Positions 25,210 through 38,002 of a stretch of DNA of 64,000 nucleotides are shown here, piece after piece. The stretch is from Negaprion brevirostris. Its lineage: Eukaryota. Location: contig JARDVH010000149.1 of assembly GCA_030324005.1 (NCBI GenBank), positions 27,342,676 to 27,406,675 of the forward strand, in the 5' to 3' direction. The position numbers and the translations under genes are program-made. Position 1 is the first letter of the stretch. Every line of letters starts with the position of its first letter. Below the pieces are notes generated by a model. The model was not told the origin of the DNA. It made no database searches and worked only from the letters and a program-made list of their open reading frames with translations.

Positions 25210-25497
25210 TAGGGTTGCCAACCTTCGAGAATAGTCTTGGCGTCTCCAGGATACTGTTGTGTGCAACCCTGGAGAAGGATCAGCAGGATAGAAGCCTTTT
25301 TTGTCATCTTTTTGCACATGTTTCTTTACCAAATATAAAAATATTGAAAATGATGAAAAATTATCATCCAGCGTTATCCAGTTGGGTAATGAGTCTTTTT
25401 TGGTTTCCACTTAACATAGGAAGGTAGTGTGTCGCAAGTGGGGAAAATCATGTAATGAAATCTCTAGGAACACATTTGATCACAACTGGCAACCCTA
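25210..25497. mobile_element. hAT-type MITE (TAGGGTTGCCA termini)
   Basis: Perfect 11-bp terminal inverted repeat TAGGGTTGCCA...TGGCAACCCTA; no intact 8-bp TSD; a more decayed inverted copy lies at about 24748-25080. Confidence 0.7.
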
Positions 25498-26819
25498 ATA
25501 TCAAATGAACAGAGGGTTGCTCTTTGCTTTGATGGCTCAAATATCCAATTACCATTGAGTCTCAATTCACACCAGCTAAAAATGGAAGCTAGGCTGAAGA
25601 ACTTGAGATCTGCCACCTGTAAGTTACACAACTGCTGCCTAAGCAGTCATTTTTGAAGTGGAAAAAGGTTGAAAATGAAGGGAGCAACATGTGATAGAAG
25701 AAAAAGCCAAGAAATCCAGGCTGTATTTAGTTTATTTTTAGTTGAAATATCATACTTACTCTCACTGTGGTTAAATACAATACATAAGATATATATGAAA
25801 ATGTATTTTGCAACAAAAGCACATTGAATATAGGCTTCAAGAAGCTGGCATACTGCTATTGTTTTACTTGTGAAAAATAGAAAATATGATAGTTCAGTCA
25901 CAATTATCTTCTTTCTAAATAAAGCTATTCTAAAGTTTTGAAGTAGAATCTATTTGTAGTACAAAACAGTGTTTCTAAAATATGTTTTCCTATATTTTTT
26001 AAGCTCCGCTGTTCATGTAGTTTGCTGTATCTTTTGTAAAGCATGACTACTTCTAATGCTAATACTACTTAAGTCGTATGGAAAATTTATGAAACTCTTC
26101 ATTTAAGAATGATGGTTCAGGGCATACTTCTACACTGGGAATTTAAATATGCTTTAAGAAAATTAAAAATTTCTAAAGTATTACATTGAATTTAAAAGAA
26201 GATGTTTTTACAAAAGATATTACATAGTATTGCATGTTATGTGATAAAAATATTCACTGAACTTATTCTGACATCCATGTCAGTACATAATCTAGTTGTA
26301 TATGTAATTTAGTTTTCCCCTTTTTAACTGTTTTTTTAAAATTAAAATATGTGTGAAAATTATAAAATGCCAATCTTAATACTGAATACAGAATCGTATA
26401 ATACCCATTAGGGAGCAGAAGCTCCACTTACCAAATAAAACAGCCATAAAATGCAGAGGGATGACAAATAGGTTTGGATTTTGTGATAGCAATTGCAACT
26501 GGTCTCGAAGAAAACTCCTGCAGGCACCTAGCGATCTCTGCAGCGGAGATTTCACCTTTCCTGATAATTTGAATCTGGCACCATGTCGGGGCAATCTCCA
26601 GACATCTAGCAACAGTGACATCATCAAGCAGGGTATTCTCACAGAGAGCAAACCAGCAAGTGAAAGGCACTGATTATCCTTCACTTTTTAGTATCATTTT
26701 ACAGAGAGCAAGCTAAATGATTGGGACGTACACATAGGTAGAACCTGATATATATTTGACAAGTTATTTTTTTCAGGGCCAGAGAATCAGTAGTTCAAGA
26801 GTAATTATGAACTTACTTA

Positions 26820-27743
26820 TGTTAGGTCCCGGATGAAAGTGTGTGAATTATCCAGTCCCACTACTTCACAGATCATACCATTCATTTAAAAGTTCAGTTT
26901 ACTCACCAAAATAGTCACTTGTGCACCTTCACTATTAGAACTCAGAATAAGAGAGGCTTTAACCAGGCTACTGCACTGAATTCAGGACAATTGATTTATT
27001 GTAAAACAAGCCTTTTAAGCAAGTTACAAGAACTGGTTCGCACACAATTATAGTCTGGAAGTATAACTGTTTATCTCTTGAACCTTCCCTAGCACGCGTA
27101 CACAGACAAACAAAAGACACGCAAGTATTTACTGCAGAGAAGGGTGGATAAAAAAACTTAATAAGAAACAGATAAAGTTTTCAGCGTTCAACGACATTGA
27201 TTTGGAGTCCCCTCGTGTGGAGATGGGCCTCTGGTCCCAGTGGATGTTTGGAGATTTTCATCTACGGAGCTGTGGCATGGAGAAATATGTGGATCTGGAT
27301 TAATTTGTTATGTCTCAACTTTGCAAGCTTCCAAATGCAGACAAGTTACACTCCGAAGATGATTTCCTTGCTACAGGTTGATAACCAGACACACAATTTC
27401 AAACAAGGCAGGGAAAGAGCAAGTCAGGCTAGCCATCCTTCTTTGCTTTACTCCCCAAAGCATACTGATTTCGAAAATAACACACCCAAAACTTAAAAGC
27501 TTGTGATTTCCAGTAAATCACTAATCTTTGCCAATTTTTTCCCCCATCAGTTAAAGTGATTGCAATTCAAAATGAACAAACCATTCTTTGCCCTTGATTA
27601 CTATGCTTATCAGGTGATTTCTTTGAAAAGGCATTGTTGTTTCCAGTTCAAAAATGAAGTTATGACCATTTTTTAAAAAAAAAAAATCCAAGTGTCCAAA
27701 CTTAAAAAAAAATCCAGTTTATAAAGATGTGATTTTCTCAACA
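26820..27743 (-). mobile_element. Possible solo LTR
   Basis: TGTT...AACA termini, minus-strand AATAAA near 26995; no TSD found. Confidence 0.3.
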
Positions 27744-27759
27744 ATTGTGCTATTTCAAA

Positions 27760-30659
27760 ACCTAGATATATTCAAAAAGGCGTGATATTTTCAAGAATTT
27801 TTACAGCAAGACTGATGGCATGTAAAGGCAAGTTCAGTGATTTCTAATTGATTGTAGTTTGTGGAGACTTCAACAACTCATCCTATGGAGAAGCATAGAA
27901 TGACAGAAAGCAACTTCAGGATTTCCATGTTTAACTGTGCTTGTGTGGACCCCAGAAGTTGCTAACAGTTTCAGAGGAGTAATGACAGTAAAACACTCTC
28001 AGTTTTATTGTCATTACTACTGCAAAGTCTGGGCACATAATAAAGGACAGAGCACACACAAATGCAAAGAATGATGTAGGTCCAGGGAACTGTAATAGAT
28101 ACAAAAAGCAGGGAAGAAAAACAGAAGGTAGAGCTGTAAAAAGGGATATGAAAAGAAACAAACAATATCAGGATTAACACATGAGATTTTGCAGTTATTA
28201 CAGGAGAAAAATGGTCAGCGAGAGAAATGTGAGCACTTTAAAAACAGATGCAGGTGATATTGCAAATATAAATAAGGAAATGTGGACTAAGTGTAGAGTC
28301 ATTTATGGCACAGAAGGGCACCATTTGGCCCCTCATATGGGACTAATGATGACGGTTGCTGAATTGCCTGTCTGCCCCCATGACTATGAAATCTCCTATA
28401 ACAATTCATAGAATCCCTACAGTGCAGAAGGCGGCCATTGCATTTCTATGATTTGCACTTCCCTCCAGTATGCTTTGTTGCCCACTTGAGCCCTGGTTTT
28501 TGATACTGTCCATCCGGATATCATCACTCCCAGCAGTCTCTAAAGCAGAGTAGTTTATTGAGCATTGCACACAACCCAAAGACTCATGTAATGCCTGCCT
28601 CTTCCGACTCTGTTGGGTGTCCACCCTCCTACCATCCTGATCCCTCATTTCCTGTGGATGACCATCTCCTGGGATATATGACCCAGGAAAGTCCCATCCT
28701 TCCTGGTGCTCCACTACGAGCTTGAAGTGTGGCAGCTGGAGAAATTTCCTATACGTTTCCCCCTCAGCACATGAAGTGTCCCGAAGTTCCCACGTGGCGA
28801 TGGATTGCTTTGTTTCAGTCTTTACAGTAAAGGAAGAGGTCAATGAAACAAGAATTGGAACTCAATCTAGTTAATGTAAACAAAAAGAAGTACTGAAAAA
28901 CAAAACCACTGAAGACTATCAAATTCCTGATGGGAATCTGACTTGGGGTGATGAAGTGGCAATGTGGTTAGTACTGATGTCTCAGCACCAGGGACCCGAT
29001 TGCCTCACAGCAGGTTCATTTCTGGCCTTGGATGACTGTCTGTGTGGAGTTTACACATTCTTCTCCTCTTGTCCTTTTGGGCTTCCTCCAGGTGCTGCAG
29101 TTTCTTCCCACACTCCAAAGATGTGCTGGTTATGGGAATAGGGTCTGGGTGGAATTGTTGTTGTTATAGGCTTAATGGGCCGAATAACCTCCTGCACTGT
29201 AGGGATTCTATGATGGTTTCACCCCGACATTTAAAGGAAGTAGGTGAGACAATTGCAGGGGCTTCAGCCAAAAGCTTACAAAACATTGATGTAGGTATTG
29301 TCATTTAGATGAAAAATATCAAATCATAACTCCTTTAATTAAAAGGGAGAAACAAGGAAATTATAGGTCTGTTTAAACACTGGTTGTGGTGGATGAAGTT
29401 CTTGAAATTTATTACTGAGGATTGGGTGACCAAGTGCTTGGAGAAGTTTGGGCTGATCAAACCGCGCCAATATGGACTTACAATGAATAGGTAATTTCTA
29501 ATGGAATTAACTGAAGGTTTTGGGACAGTAACTAAAGTTATGGAAGTGAATGTCTAAGGATGTAGCTGGCATAGGCTTCTATCAAGAAATAGTAAGGTTA
29601 CGTTTAATTAAAACTCCATGGTGTTGAAACCAAATTATTGACCTCCTTAAGTGATCGGTTAGTGACAAAAATTAGAGAGTAGGAATAAATGGGTATGTGA
29701 CCATATTGGAAAGAAGTGACTAATGATGTCCTGCAAGGACCTGAATGAGGGCTTCAACTATTCTGTATATTTATAAATGACTTGGAAAATAATAGAGAGC
29801 CATATGTCCAAGCTTGTTGAAGATACAAGGATTGGTGCCGTAATAAATAGCAGACAGGAGCACTAAATTACAAAGAGACATTGATAGATTACGTTAGTGG
29901 ACAAAATGGCATTTAGGTATGAGACTATCCATTTTGGACCCAAAAAGAATAGATCTGAGTATTTTTTAACCTGTGTAAGACCAAGGTCAGTGAGTTCTGA
30001 AGAATTCAAAGGGTCTAAGTGCACAGATTATTGACGTGTAGGAGTCAGAAACAAAAACATATTCTTAAAGGCTAACGGAATGTTGTTTTTCAAAACTCGG
30101 GACCTAAAATGAAAAGTGGAAGAAGTCTTGCTGTCACTGGCTCAAATCTGGAATATCATATACTGTTCTGGGCAGTTCCCCTTGGAATCAATATTTGATC
30201 TAGGAAAAAGTGCATCACATTCATTGGAATGTTACCAAGGCTCCAAAATTTAGAATATATGGAGGAAATACAAAAATTAGGCTTATATTCCCTGAAATGT
30301 GGAAGGTTGTGGGGTGAGGGGGTGATTTGATTTAGGTTTTCATGAATTTGAGAAAAATATATGAAATAAGATGGAAACTTTTTCCACTTTTGGACAAGGA
30401 CACAGTCAAGCTGCTAAGGGAGATTGTAGGAAACAGTGCTTTATACAAGGAGTGCAAAAGTATGGAGCACTGTCCCACAAAAAGATGCAGTTTTAGTTAA
30501 CCATTTTAAATCTGAGATTGATAGATTGTTGCTGGCCAAATATATTAAGGGATATGGAACCAAGGTTGGTGGATGAAGCTTGTATATAGATAGCTATGGT
30601 CTCATTAAGTAGCAGAAGAGACTTAGCGGGATGAATGCCCTTGCCAGTTCCTGTGTTCC
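27760..30659 (+). mobile_element. Long degenerate CR1 LINE with nested SINE pieces
   Basis: Decayed RT motifs (ggaaattataggtctg GNYR, tttataaatgacttgga FINDL) and a CR1-type tail gaatgcccttgccagttcctgtgttcc ending 46 nt before the next exon. Confidence 0.7.
28945..29213 (+). mobile_element. HE1-like V-SINE nested in CR1
   Basis: gtggttagtactg...gtctgtgtggagttt...tccaaagatgtg...gcactgtagggattctatga. Confidence 0.8.
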
Positions 30660-30705
30660 AACTTGATTTGCCAGTTTACTTACTCTATCTTTATTTTCTG
30701 AACAG

Positions 30706-30810
30706 GATGATGGTGGTTGGACATCCATGATCTGGGCCACTGAATATAAGCATATAGATATTGTAAAGCTGCTGCTGTCAAAAGGAGCTGATATCAACAT
30801 TAGGGACAAT
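30706..30810 (+). CDS. EHMT1: EHMT1 exon (ankyrin repeat, methyl-lysine cage residues)
   Basis: aacag|...aat|gtgagt, 105 nt; [35 protein letters not shown]. Confidence 0.97.
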
Positions 30811-31533
30811 GTGAGTTACTTAAATACTTGGGGGTGGAAAGGAGGTTAATCCTATAAAACAATGTATATACACAGTTATATTTGGAAATTTAGGAAGAAC
30901 AAAATGCTTCTGATGAAACTGCTTTCTGGCTTCATTATGTTCTCATTTAGTGTTTAAGTATTGCACAAATGGATTTAAAAATACTAGGGATCTGGAATTA
31001 TCTTTTTTTCATATAGACATTTTGTCTCTAGTTCCAATTTGGCACAGGTTGATGGAATGAAGTCTTTCTCTTTCAGTTGTAATAATTTTGTATTACTTGA
31101 ATTTAGGCAGTTTCACCCAATGCATGTGGAATGCAACTTTATATCACGTTTAGCAGCTAGGTTGACAGTCTCATTCCTTTAAAACAAGATAGGTGTGAGA
31201 AATCTATGATTCCATAATTTCAACCCATGGGGCATATTGTGTGGATAGAATGAGGGGAAATTTATTGTGCATATGGTTCATCTTATCAGATCATGAGTTT
31301 TGTCTGCTAAGTATCATTGTTTTAGAAGCTTCATTTTCCTTGTTGCTGGATGTCATTCTAAAGCAATTAGCATTTAAATTATTTTGTCCAGCAGGGTTCA
31401 TAAGTGTAACAGACTTGCCAGTGTTGATTAATGACATTGTGAGCAGTTATTCAAACAAATTGCAAACTAATTTAAAAATGTAGAGCTGTGCCTACGAAGA
31501 GTGAAATGCATCAACATAAGTTACATTTTGAAA

Positions 31534-32802
31534 TGTTAGCATGTCACAGCTCATGAATTATACTTATACACAGTACTCAACCTGTGTAGAATTATTTAAG
31601 ATGGTACATCAGTTTCAAGTATGGTGAAAGGTTGACATGGTTCCTTGCTCTAAAGATGGTTTTTTTTAGAAAAAGTAGAAGAACCAGAGTCACAGGACCG
31701 CTAATTAATTTTAACAAGAAAAAAGATATTAAACATGAAAAATTTGCTCTTTTACTCCCCGTTAACTTAACAAATACACATAGATTTTATGACTAACACA
31801 GATTATAAAATATAATGTAAGTAAGGTTTGTCTCAGTAACACAGTCCCTTTAAGTACACAGATTGGCTGCAGTCAGATACACCCTGCTCAAGTGACTGTC
31901 TGTGAATTTGGATTTCTCCTCAGAATTCTCCCCGTCCCCAGATGATTGTTACATGAGAGTTTCAAAGCACCACTCCTGAAAATACACCTTAAAATCTTCT
32001 TTCACGATAATGCTTTCCATTAAGTGTTTGCAGTCCAAGTTTTCCAAATGACTCTTAATCAAAGCTTCACCTCTACTTGTGAAACCTTGAAACGGGATCT
32101 GGTTTTAAATCATTCCCTTTAAGATTTCTTTGTCTTGATTACTGTACATATTATTCACGATTGTTTTAAATCTTAATCCTCAGCTATTAAAATGTCATCA
32201 AACTTTTGATTTGCCTCTGGAGTGTGCTTTCCCACTTTAATTCTAGTTACTACAACTATCTCTTTAACTCTGAATGCAACGTTTACATTTCCCCTTGAAT
32301 TCTGAACAATACCTTGTCCCTGTTTTCTTAACGACAGTCTTCTTAAGAATTCTTTCTGTTCTAATCCCCTGGTTATCTGGACTGCATCTGGTTCTTTGGG
32401 AGTCTGCCTCTTTGCAGCTTCCTTAGCCTGTCTGGCTTCCTTTGGCAGAGTTGAGAGATTGTTGCTCCCTGGTGTCTTGCCTCCAAATACCATCAAGTTC
32501 AGCTAAACTAAAACATAGAAGCTTTTTCCTTTAAAAGCATCTCCAGTTGCTAAGCAGTGGCCAGCATACTTTTGCTGGACTATTTACTCTTCATGCTGTA
32601 GCTCTCTAAGCACAATAGAAAAACGGTTTGGAACTGAAGTAACCCGCACACATATAGACTTCTTAGTCCAGTATGAATCCAACTGTAGGTTTTACTCTTC
32701 CTTCCACAGAAATGTTAATTGAACTCAGTTAGGACAATACTTTATTTTTAATGTTTACCAATACAAATATAAATCCCTTAAAACTATCTTTGTTTCCTAA
32801 CA
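31534..32802. mobile_element. Possible solo LTR
   Basis: TGTTAG...CTAACA 6-bp inverted termini, composition similar to 26820-27743; no TSD found. Confidence 0.25.
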
Positions 32803-33022
32803 ATCCCTTCATCTCTAGAATATATTTTCCATATAAAGTAAATCCAAATTTCACTGAACAGGTAATTATATTGTTTTGAAAATGTGCATGTGCTTTAATT
32901 TTCTGCTGTAGTACATTGTTAATGTAGTACATGTTATGATTCCTGTAAAAATGGATAACTTTTTAAAAAGGAAGTAATTCCCTTAACACCAATGAAAAAA
33001 TAGACAATTTTACGTTTTAAAA

Positions 33023-34976
33023 AAATGCTTTTATTGAAAGTTTTAATTTTACCTAAAATGCAACAAATTCCCAAAATCTAGTACAGGACAGAGTAATCAT
33101 TATTCCACAGAAACGTATTGAAAAAACCAGTGAATGTTCATGCAAATGTTTCAAATGATCAATTATTGCAGTTGGTCTCTCCTCTCGTATCGATAAAGAA
33201 AGGATACCAGAATAAGTGGGGAATCTCAGGATAGCAAGATAAAACCATGAATGTGTGGCTCTATAGTGCACACTTCCTTCCACAAGATAATAGGGACAGA
33301 ACTGCACTGGGTGGCATAGGAGTTAGCATTGCTGCATCACAACACCAAGTACCCCAGGTTCAATTCCAGCCTTTGGTGACAGTCTATGTGAAGTCTGCAC
33401 TTATTCCCCGTTTCTTCATGGATTTCTTCTGGCTGCTCTCGATTCCTTACACAGTCCAAAGATGTGCAGATTAGATGGATTGGCTAGGTTAAATTGCCCT
33501 TTAATAGCCAAAGATGTGTACATTAGGTGAATTAGCCATGGTAAATGCAAGGGAGAGAGTGGTGGGGATCCCACAGAGATAACGAAAGAGAGAGAAGCAT
33601 CTGGATTATCCAATAGATGCCCGCCATGGTCTTTCAGCATAAGCTTTGACATGAAGGATACCAGGAACAGAACAGTAAAACCTCACAAGAACAGGGCACA
33701 GCAGGATAACATGCCCACCATACATTCCAAGACCCCAAGGTTTAGCACTTGACATAGGGCCAGAAGCAGACAAAGCCTCCCAGCCACCCCACTCCCTTGC
33801 CACCAATCATCAAAACCAAGATTGAACACAAATTGCAATGCACCTTAGACTACAGTCCCTTGTTCCACCATAGAGCATGCTGGTGAATGAACAACATCAT
33901 AAAGAAAAGTAGACAATTCTGATTTTTGTAGTATAACAGGCAACAAACATCTCAGTGCTCAAATATCATACACTCTTGTCAGGGTGAAAATATTAGCACA
34001 AAATCAGGAGTATAATCACAAGTGAACGAAGTTCAGAATTAATTATGATCTATAGAATAGCATGACTACCCATGAATACCAAAGTCATGATAGGATTATC
34101 GAGCAACGTCCAGGATCCATCCAGAGTTTTACTGAAGCCTCTGCACTTCCACCATATCATCAACCCCAGTGAAGTAAAACCTAGACCCTGGTGGAGAGGG
34201 ACCCGACACACCTAGACGCCTCCAAACCTACCTGATGAATATCAAGGACAAGACCACATAAGATCAGTAGTCACAGTCTTCAACCGACTAATCCTCGAAG
34301 ACTGGATACAGTGTGCTGCATCAAACTCATGATGCCCAACCTTTAAATCAAGATTGTAAAAGCATGGCAGCCAGTTCTCAAATTCATCCCAGCTCACCTT
34401 AGAAGACTGGGCACATGGTATTCCTTCTCCAGCCACGTTTCCCTGAATCAATTAGGAGGTTTGACATAACATGCAACAGGATTTCCAAGAACTGAAGGTG
34501 AGCTTTCATTGCGGAAGGTGCCCTCTCAATTGGCAGGATTCTCTTCTCCTCTTCATCCGTTCTCTTTAGGATATCTTGCAGTACATTAATATGAGCACCA
34601 AAAATCTCTGCCAGGGAACTAGTCCATCATCCACAACATCACTGATAATAGCCGCACTCATATCTCAATGCGAACAGTATCATTGAAGCATGGACCTGCT
34701 CATCAGCAAAGCCACCATTGGAAACCAGGCCCCAGCCTGGCTGTCTCTAACCACTTCAATCAGACAAGGATTTTCTATACTTAACTCAGCTTCCCTTCGC
34801 CAGGGATTCAGGGATTCAAATTCAGCCAGGATCTTCCAAGACTATAGAATATACACATCAGAATCGAATAATTATGGATAGTGCATCATGATTAAAAAAT
34901 GAAGTAAAAGCTGAGTAGTGCCAGAGCTTGCAGAAATGCTTACGCTCTCGCACTTAAGTCACGTGACCCTCCCCCG
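33023..34976 (-). mobile_element. L1-derived ORF1-only element (half-L1-like) with TSD
   Basis: Flanks attttacgttttaaaa (33007-33022) and attttactttttaaaa (34977-34992); 5' end GGGGGAGGGTCACGTGAC; ORF1 relic ..QDILKRTDEEEKRI..LIDSGKRGWRRNT../..EFENWLP..HEFDAAH; minus-strand AATAAA at 33030-33035. Confidence 0.7.
33300..33570 (+). mobile_element. HE1-like V-SINE nested in the L1-derived element
   Basis: gttagcattgctgcatcaca...cacagtccaaagatgtgcagattagatggattggc. Confidence 0.8.
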
Positions 34977-36393
34977 ATTTTACTTTTTAAAATTGGTACT
35001 GTAACAAACCAGTATAATTCAAGCATCAGTTAAAGATAAAGGATATTTCAAAGGAAAATGTAAATTTTGCTTTAAATAATTGATGCAACAAAATAATCTC
35101 CTCATGTATTGACAAGCATTAGCATTATCTCCCATACAAATGTGGGACCACATGTAATCTCACAATCATTCCCACTCTGCCTTCATTTTATAGAATTTCT
35201 CACTTCTATTTTGGCTTTTTGAGCTGTATCCATCAGCAACGAAGTCCCTGGACATGATTACCCTGACAACATGCACATTTACGCTCACTGGGGCTACAAC
35301 AGTCCTAATAGAGTCATTGAGATTTACAGCATGGAAACAGGCCCTTTAGCCTTACTTGTCCATGCTACCCCTTTTTTTAAATGACTAAACTAGTCTCAAT
35401 TACCTGCATTTGGCCCTTATCCCTCAATGGTGGAAAATTCCCAAGAAATCCCTTCTTTAACTCCTTTTAAGCAGTTTGGTGGGCTCTGGCACCACTTCAG
35501 TCCAATCTGCAATCCCTTGCTCTTCCAGTCTTCAGTGTAGTGACCATTGCAGCTATATAACACACACCGTAACGATGTTTCTGCTCTATTTTCAGAAAAC
35601 TATTTTAATACCAAAATCTGTTGGAAGACTGCCACATAGAAAACTGTTCTATCTGGAGAGAGACTTGTTTTTTACTTTTCACATTCCAAATCTTCTGAAC
35701 AGGAAAAAAAGCTTACCAACGCCACTGTGATTAGCTTTCAATTTACCCTTTGCTTCTTATTGATTGGTCCCTGTGGGAATATCATTTTTTGAGAAATAAC
35801 GTCATAATCAGAAAATGAATTAATCCCTTTCTTGGTAATCCCCAGCACACTGTTCTTGAAGGGACATTGCAAAAAAGAAAATAAAGGGTGGGATTCTCGG
35901 GCCTCCCAGCTCAGTGACGTGCTGTTTGCCAGCAACTGGATCTTCTGGTCCTGCCGCTGTCAATGGTTGTTCCCATTGATTCCATCCCACGCCTCCAGGA
36001 AACCTGTGAAAGGAAGGAGAATTCTAGTCTGAGGCTTTTCCCAGCACGTGACACATGCTACAGCTGGTTGGTCAAACTAAACATTTGTTTACTTTTTCTA
36101 CCAGAAAGCAGTCATACACAACTATAATGTGGCATCTAATTTAGATTAACATCCTCTTTTCAGCAATGAAACTGGTATCTTGAGGGTCTTTTACTTGTAC
36201 TCATACTATTATGACCTTTGCTGTGAAATCATTGATTAATTGTAACTTTTTGACTGGCTTTTGAAGGAAAACCTTTTGTATTATTTTTTACCAAAAATTG
36301 CAAAATAATGAAGTCTACAGTGCTCTTATAAATGTTCTCTGAAGTTGAAGCATTACTTAAAAGCTGTGCTCTCTTCCTATTTTCATTGCGCAG

Positions 36394-36548
36394 GAAGAGA
36401 ATATTTGTTTGCACTGGGCAGCTTTCTCAGGGTGTGTGGATATCGCAGAGATATTCTTGAATGCCAAGTCTGATCTAACTGCAGTAAATATGCATGGTGA
36501 CTCTCCTCTGCATATTGCATCAAGAGAAAACCATTATGAATGTGTAGT
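36394..36548 (+). CDS. EHMT1: EHMT1 exon (ankyrin repeats)
   Basis: gcgcag|...gt|gtaagt, 155 nt; [51 protein letters not shown]. Confidence 0.97.
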
Positions 36549-36639
36549 GTAAGTACTCTTAAGTGCCATAGATATTGGTGTGTTACAATTCACTTGGGGA
36601 ATCAAAGCTGTTTTTGCATGTAGTCTGGAGTTATGGGTG

Positions 36640-36856
36640 GTGATGGTAGAGTCTCCAGCTTTGTTTTCATCACGTGGCTGACCAGGAATCTCTCCCACTC
36701 TTGCTGCCCATCATTGATATGTGTTGGATGATTTACAGTTTGATGCTCAATCTTGTCTGGCTCACATTACGAACACGCCCTTTTCGGCCATCAACTCCCT
36801 GAACTTGAACTTCTGGCTCAGAGGCAAAGATGCTACGTATTATGCCACAAAATCTC
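36640..36856 (-). mobile_element. Degenerate tRNA-derived SINE (different family)
   Basis: Minus strand starts gagattttgtggcataatacgtagcatctttgcctctgagccagaagttcaagttca, a tRNA-like A/B-box head. Confidence 0.5.
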
Positions 36857-37834
36857 AGACAATAAGTATTGAAGTGAAGTTTGTGAAGTCAGAATGACGA
36901 TTTCAACATAAATTATCTGCGATTTATAAAAAAGCTGTGTTTTTTGACTTCAGCTATTGTAAGCACTAGGAGCATGAACAGAATATATGGTCATTTTACT
37001 TCTTGAGTCCAGTCTGGTCTTTGGGCACTTGGCTGATCCATTATAACTTCCTCCTTTTAGTTATCCAAATATATTTACTTACTTTCACTTTAGTTTGGAT
37101 TTGCTGTGACACATCTGGGGGGGGNNNNNNNNNNATCTCCCCCCCCCCCCCCCCACCTTGTTCCTGATCCTTTTTGAAATACAGTTCAATTACTATATTG
37201 CTTTGTTACAGTTTCTTCAAATAGATTTAAGCCCCTGAAAGCTTCCATGACTTAAGATTATCAGCCATAATTTCTTGATAGAAACTACAGGACTCATGGA
37301 ATACCTTATGAGACTGTCAGAACTTCCTCCTCAATTCTATTTTCCTTTCTGTCTTAGGAGAGATTGCTGTTGTCCACTGCGCTGCAAAATTTAGTTCCTT
37401 TTAGCTACCATTTTGGGAGTGTTTGTATTCATGGAGATGGCCCCTGCCCATTGCAGGGAAGAAGGAAACTTTATTTTTGAAGAAAAGCACCTTGCTTTAT
37501 CCTTCACCAAAATTATTTCTGAATTATTGTTATTGTACAGTGTAGAGGGAGCTACAATTTTGAAAAGCTGTGCAGCAACATGTGTACAGTATTATCCTGA
37601 ACTGATGGAGCGGATCCATCTTTTGCACTCCGTGAAACACTAATGTGAGGATGTTAAATTGATTATTTGTAAATGATGATTTGAAGTGCGGTGTAGGATT
37701 AAATATGAACTGTTGTTCTTTGACACAAATTATAAAAGTTTCCCAATTTGAACAAAAATGTACTTTAAAATTGCTGCTTAACATGCATTTTGTGGATACT
37801 CTAGCACTAAAACCGGCTAACTGTGCACATCTAG

Positions 37835-38002
37835 GCTGTTCCTCTCACGTGGCGCTGATGTTAATATTAAGAATAAGGAAGGAGAGACACCACTCGAATG
37901 TTCAAGTTTGAACTCACAAGTGTGGGTGGCATTACAGGTGAACAAAAAACTGAAACAAGCATCAGCTAATAAGATTACCCAGGTTGAGAAACTAGTCAGC
38001 AG
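37835..38002 (+). CDS. EHMT1: EHMT1 exon (last ankyrin repeat and linker)
   Basis: atctag|...cag|gtacag, 168 nt; [55 protein letters not shown]. Confidence 0.96.

Noticed and set aside
37116-37154. G-run, N gap, C-run as a G-quadruplex or hairpin
   Set aside because: Homopolymers flanking a gap are unreliable in this assembly
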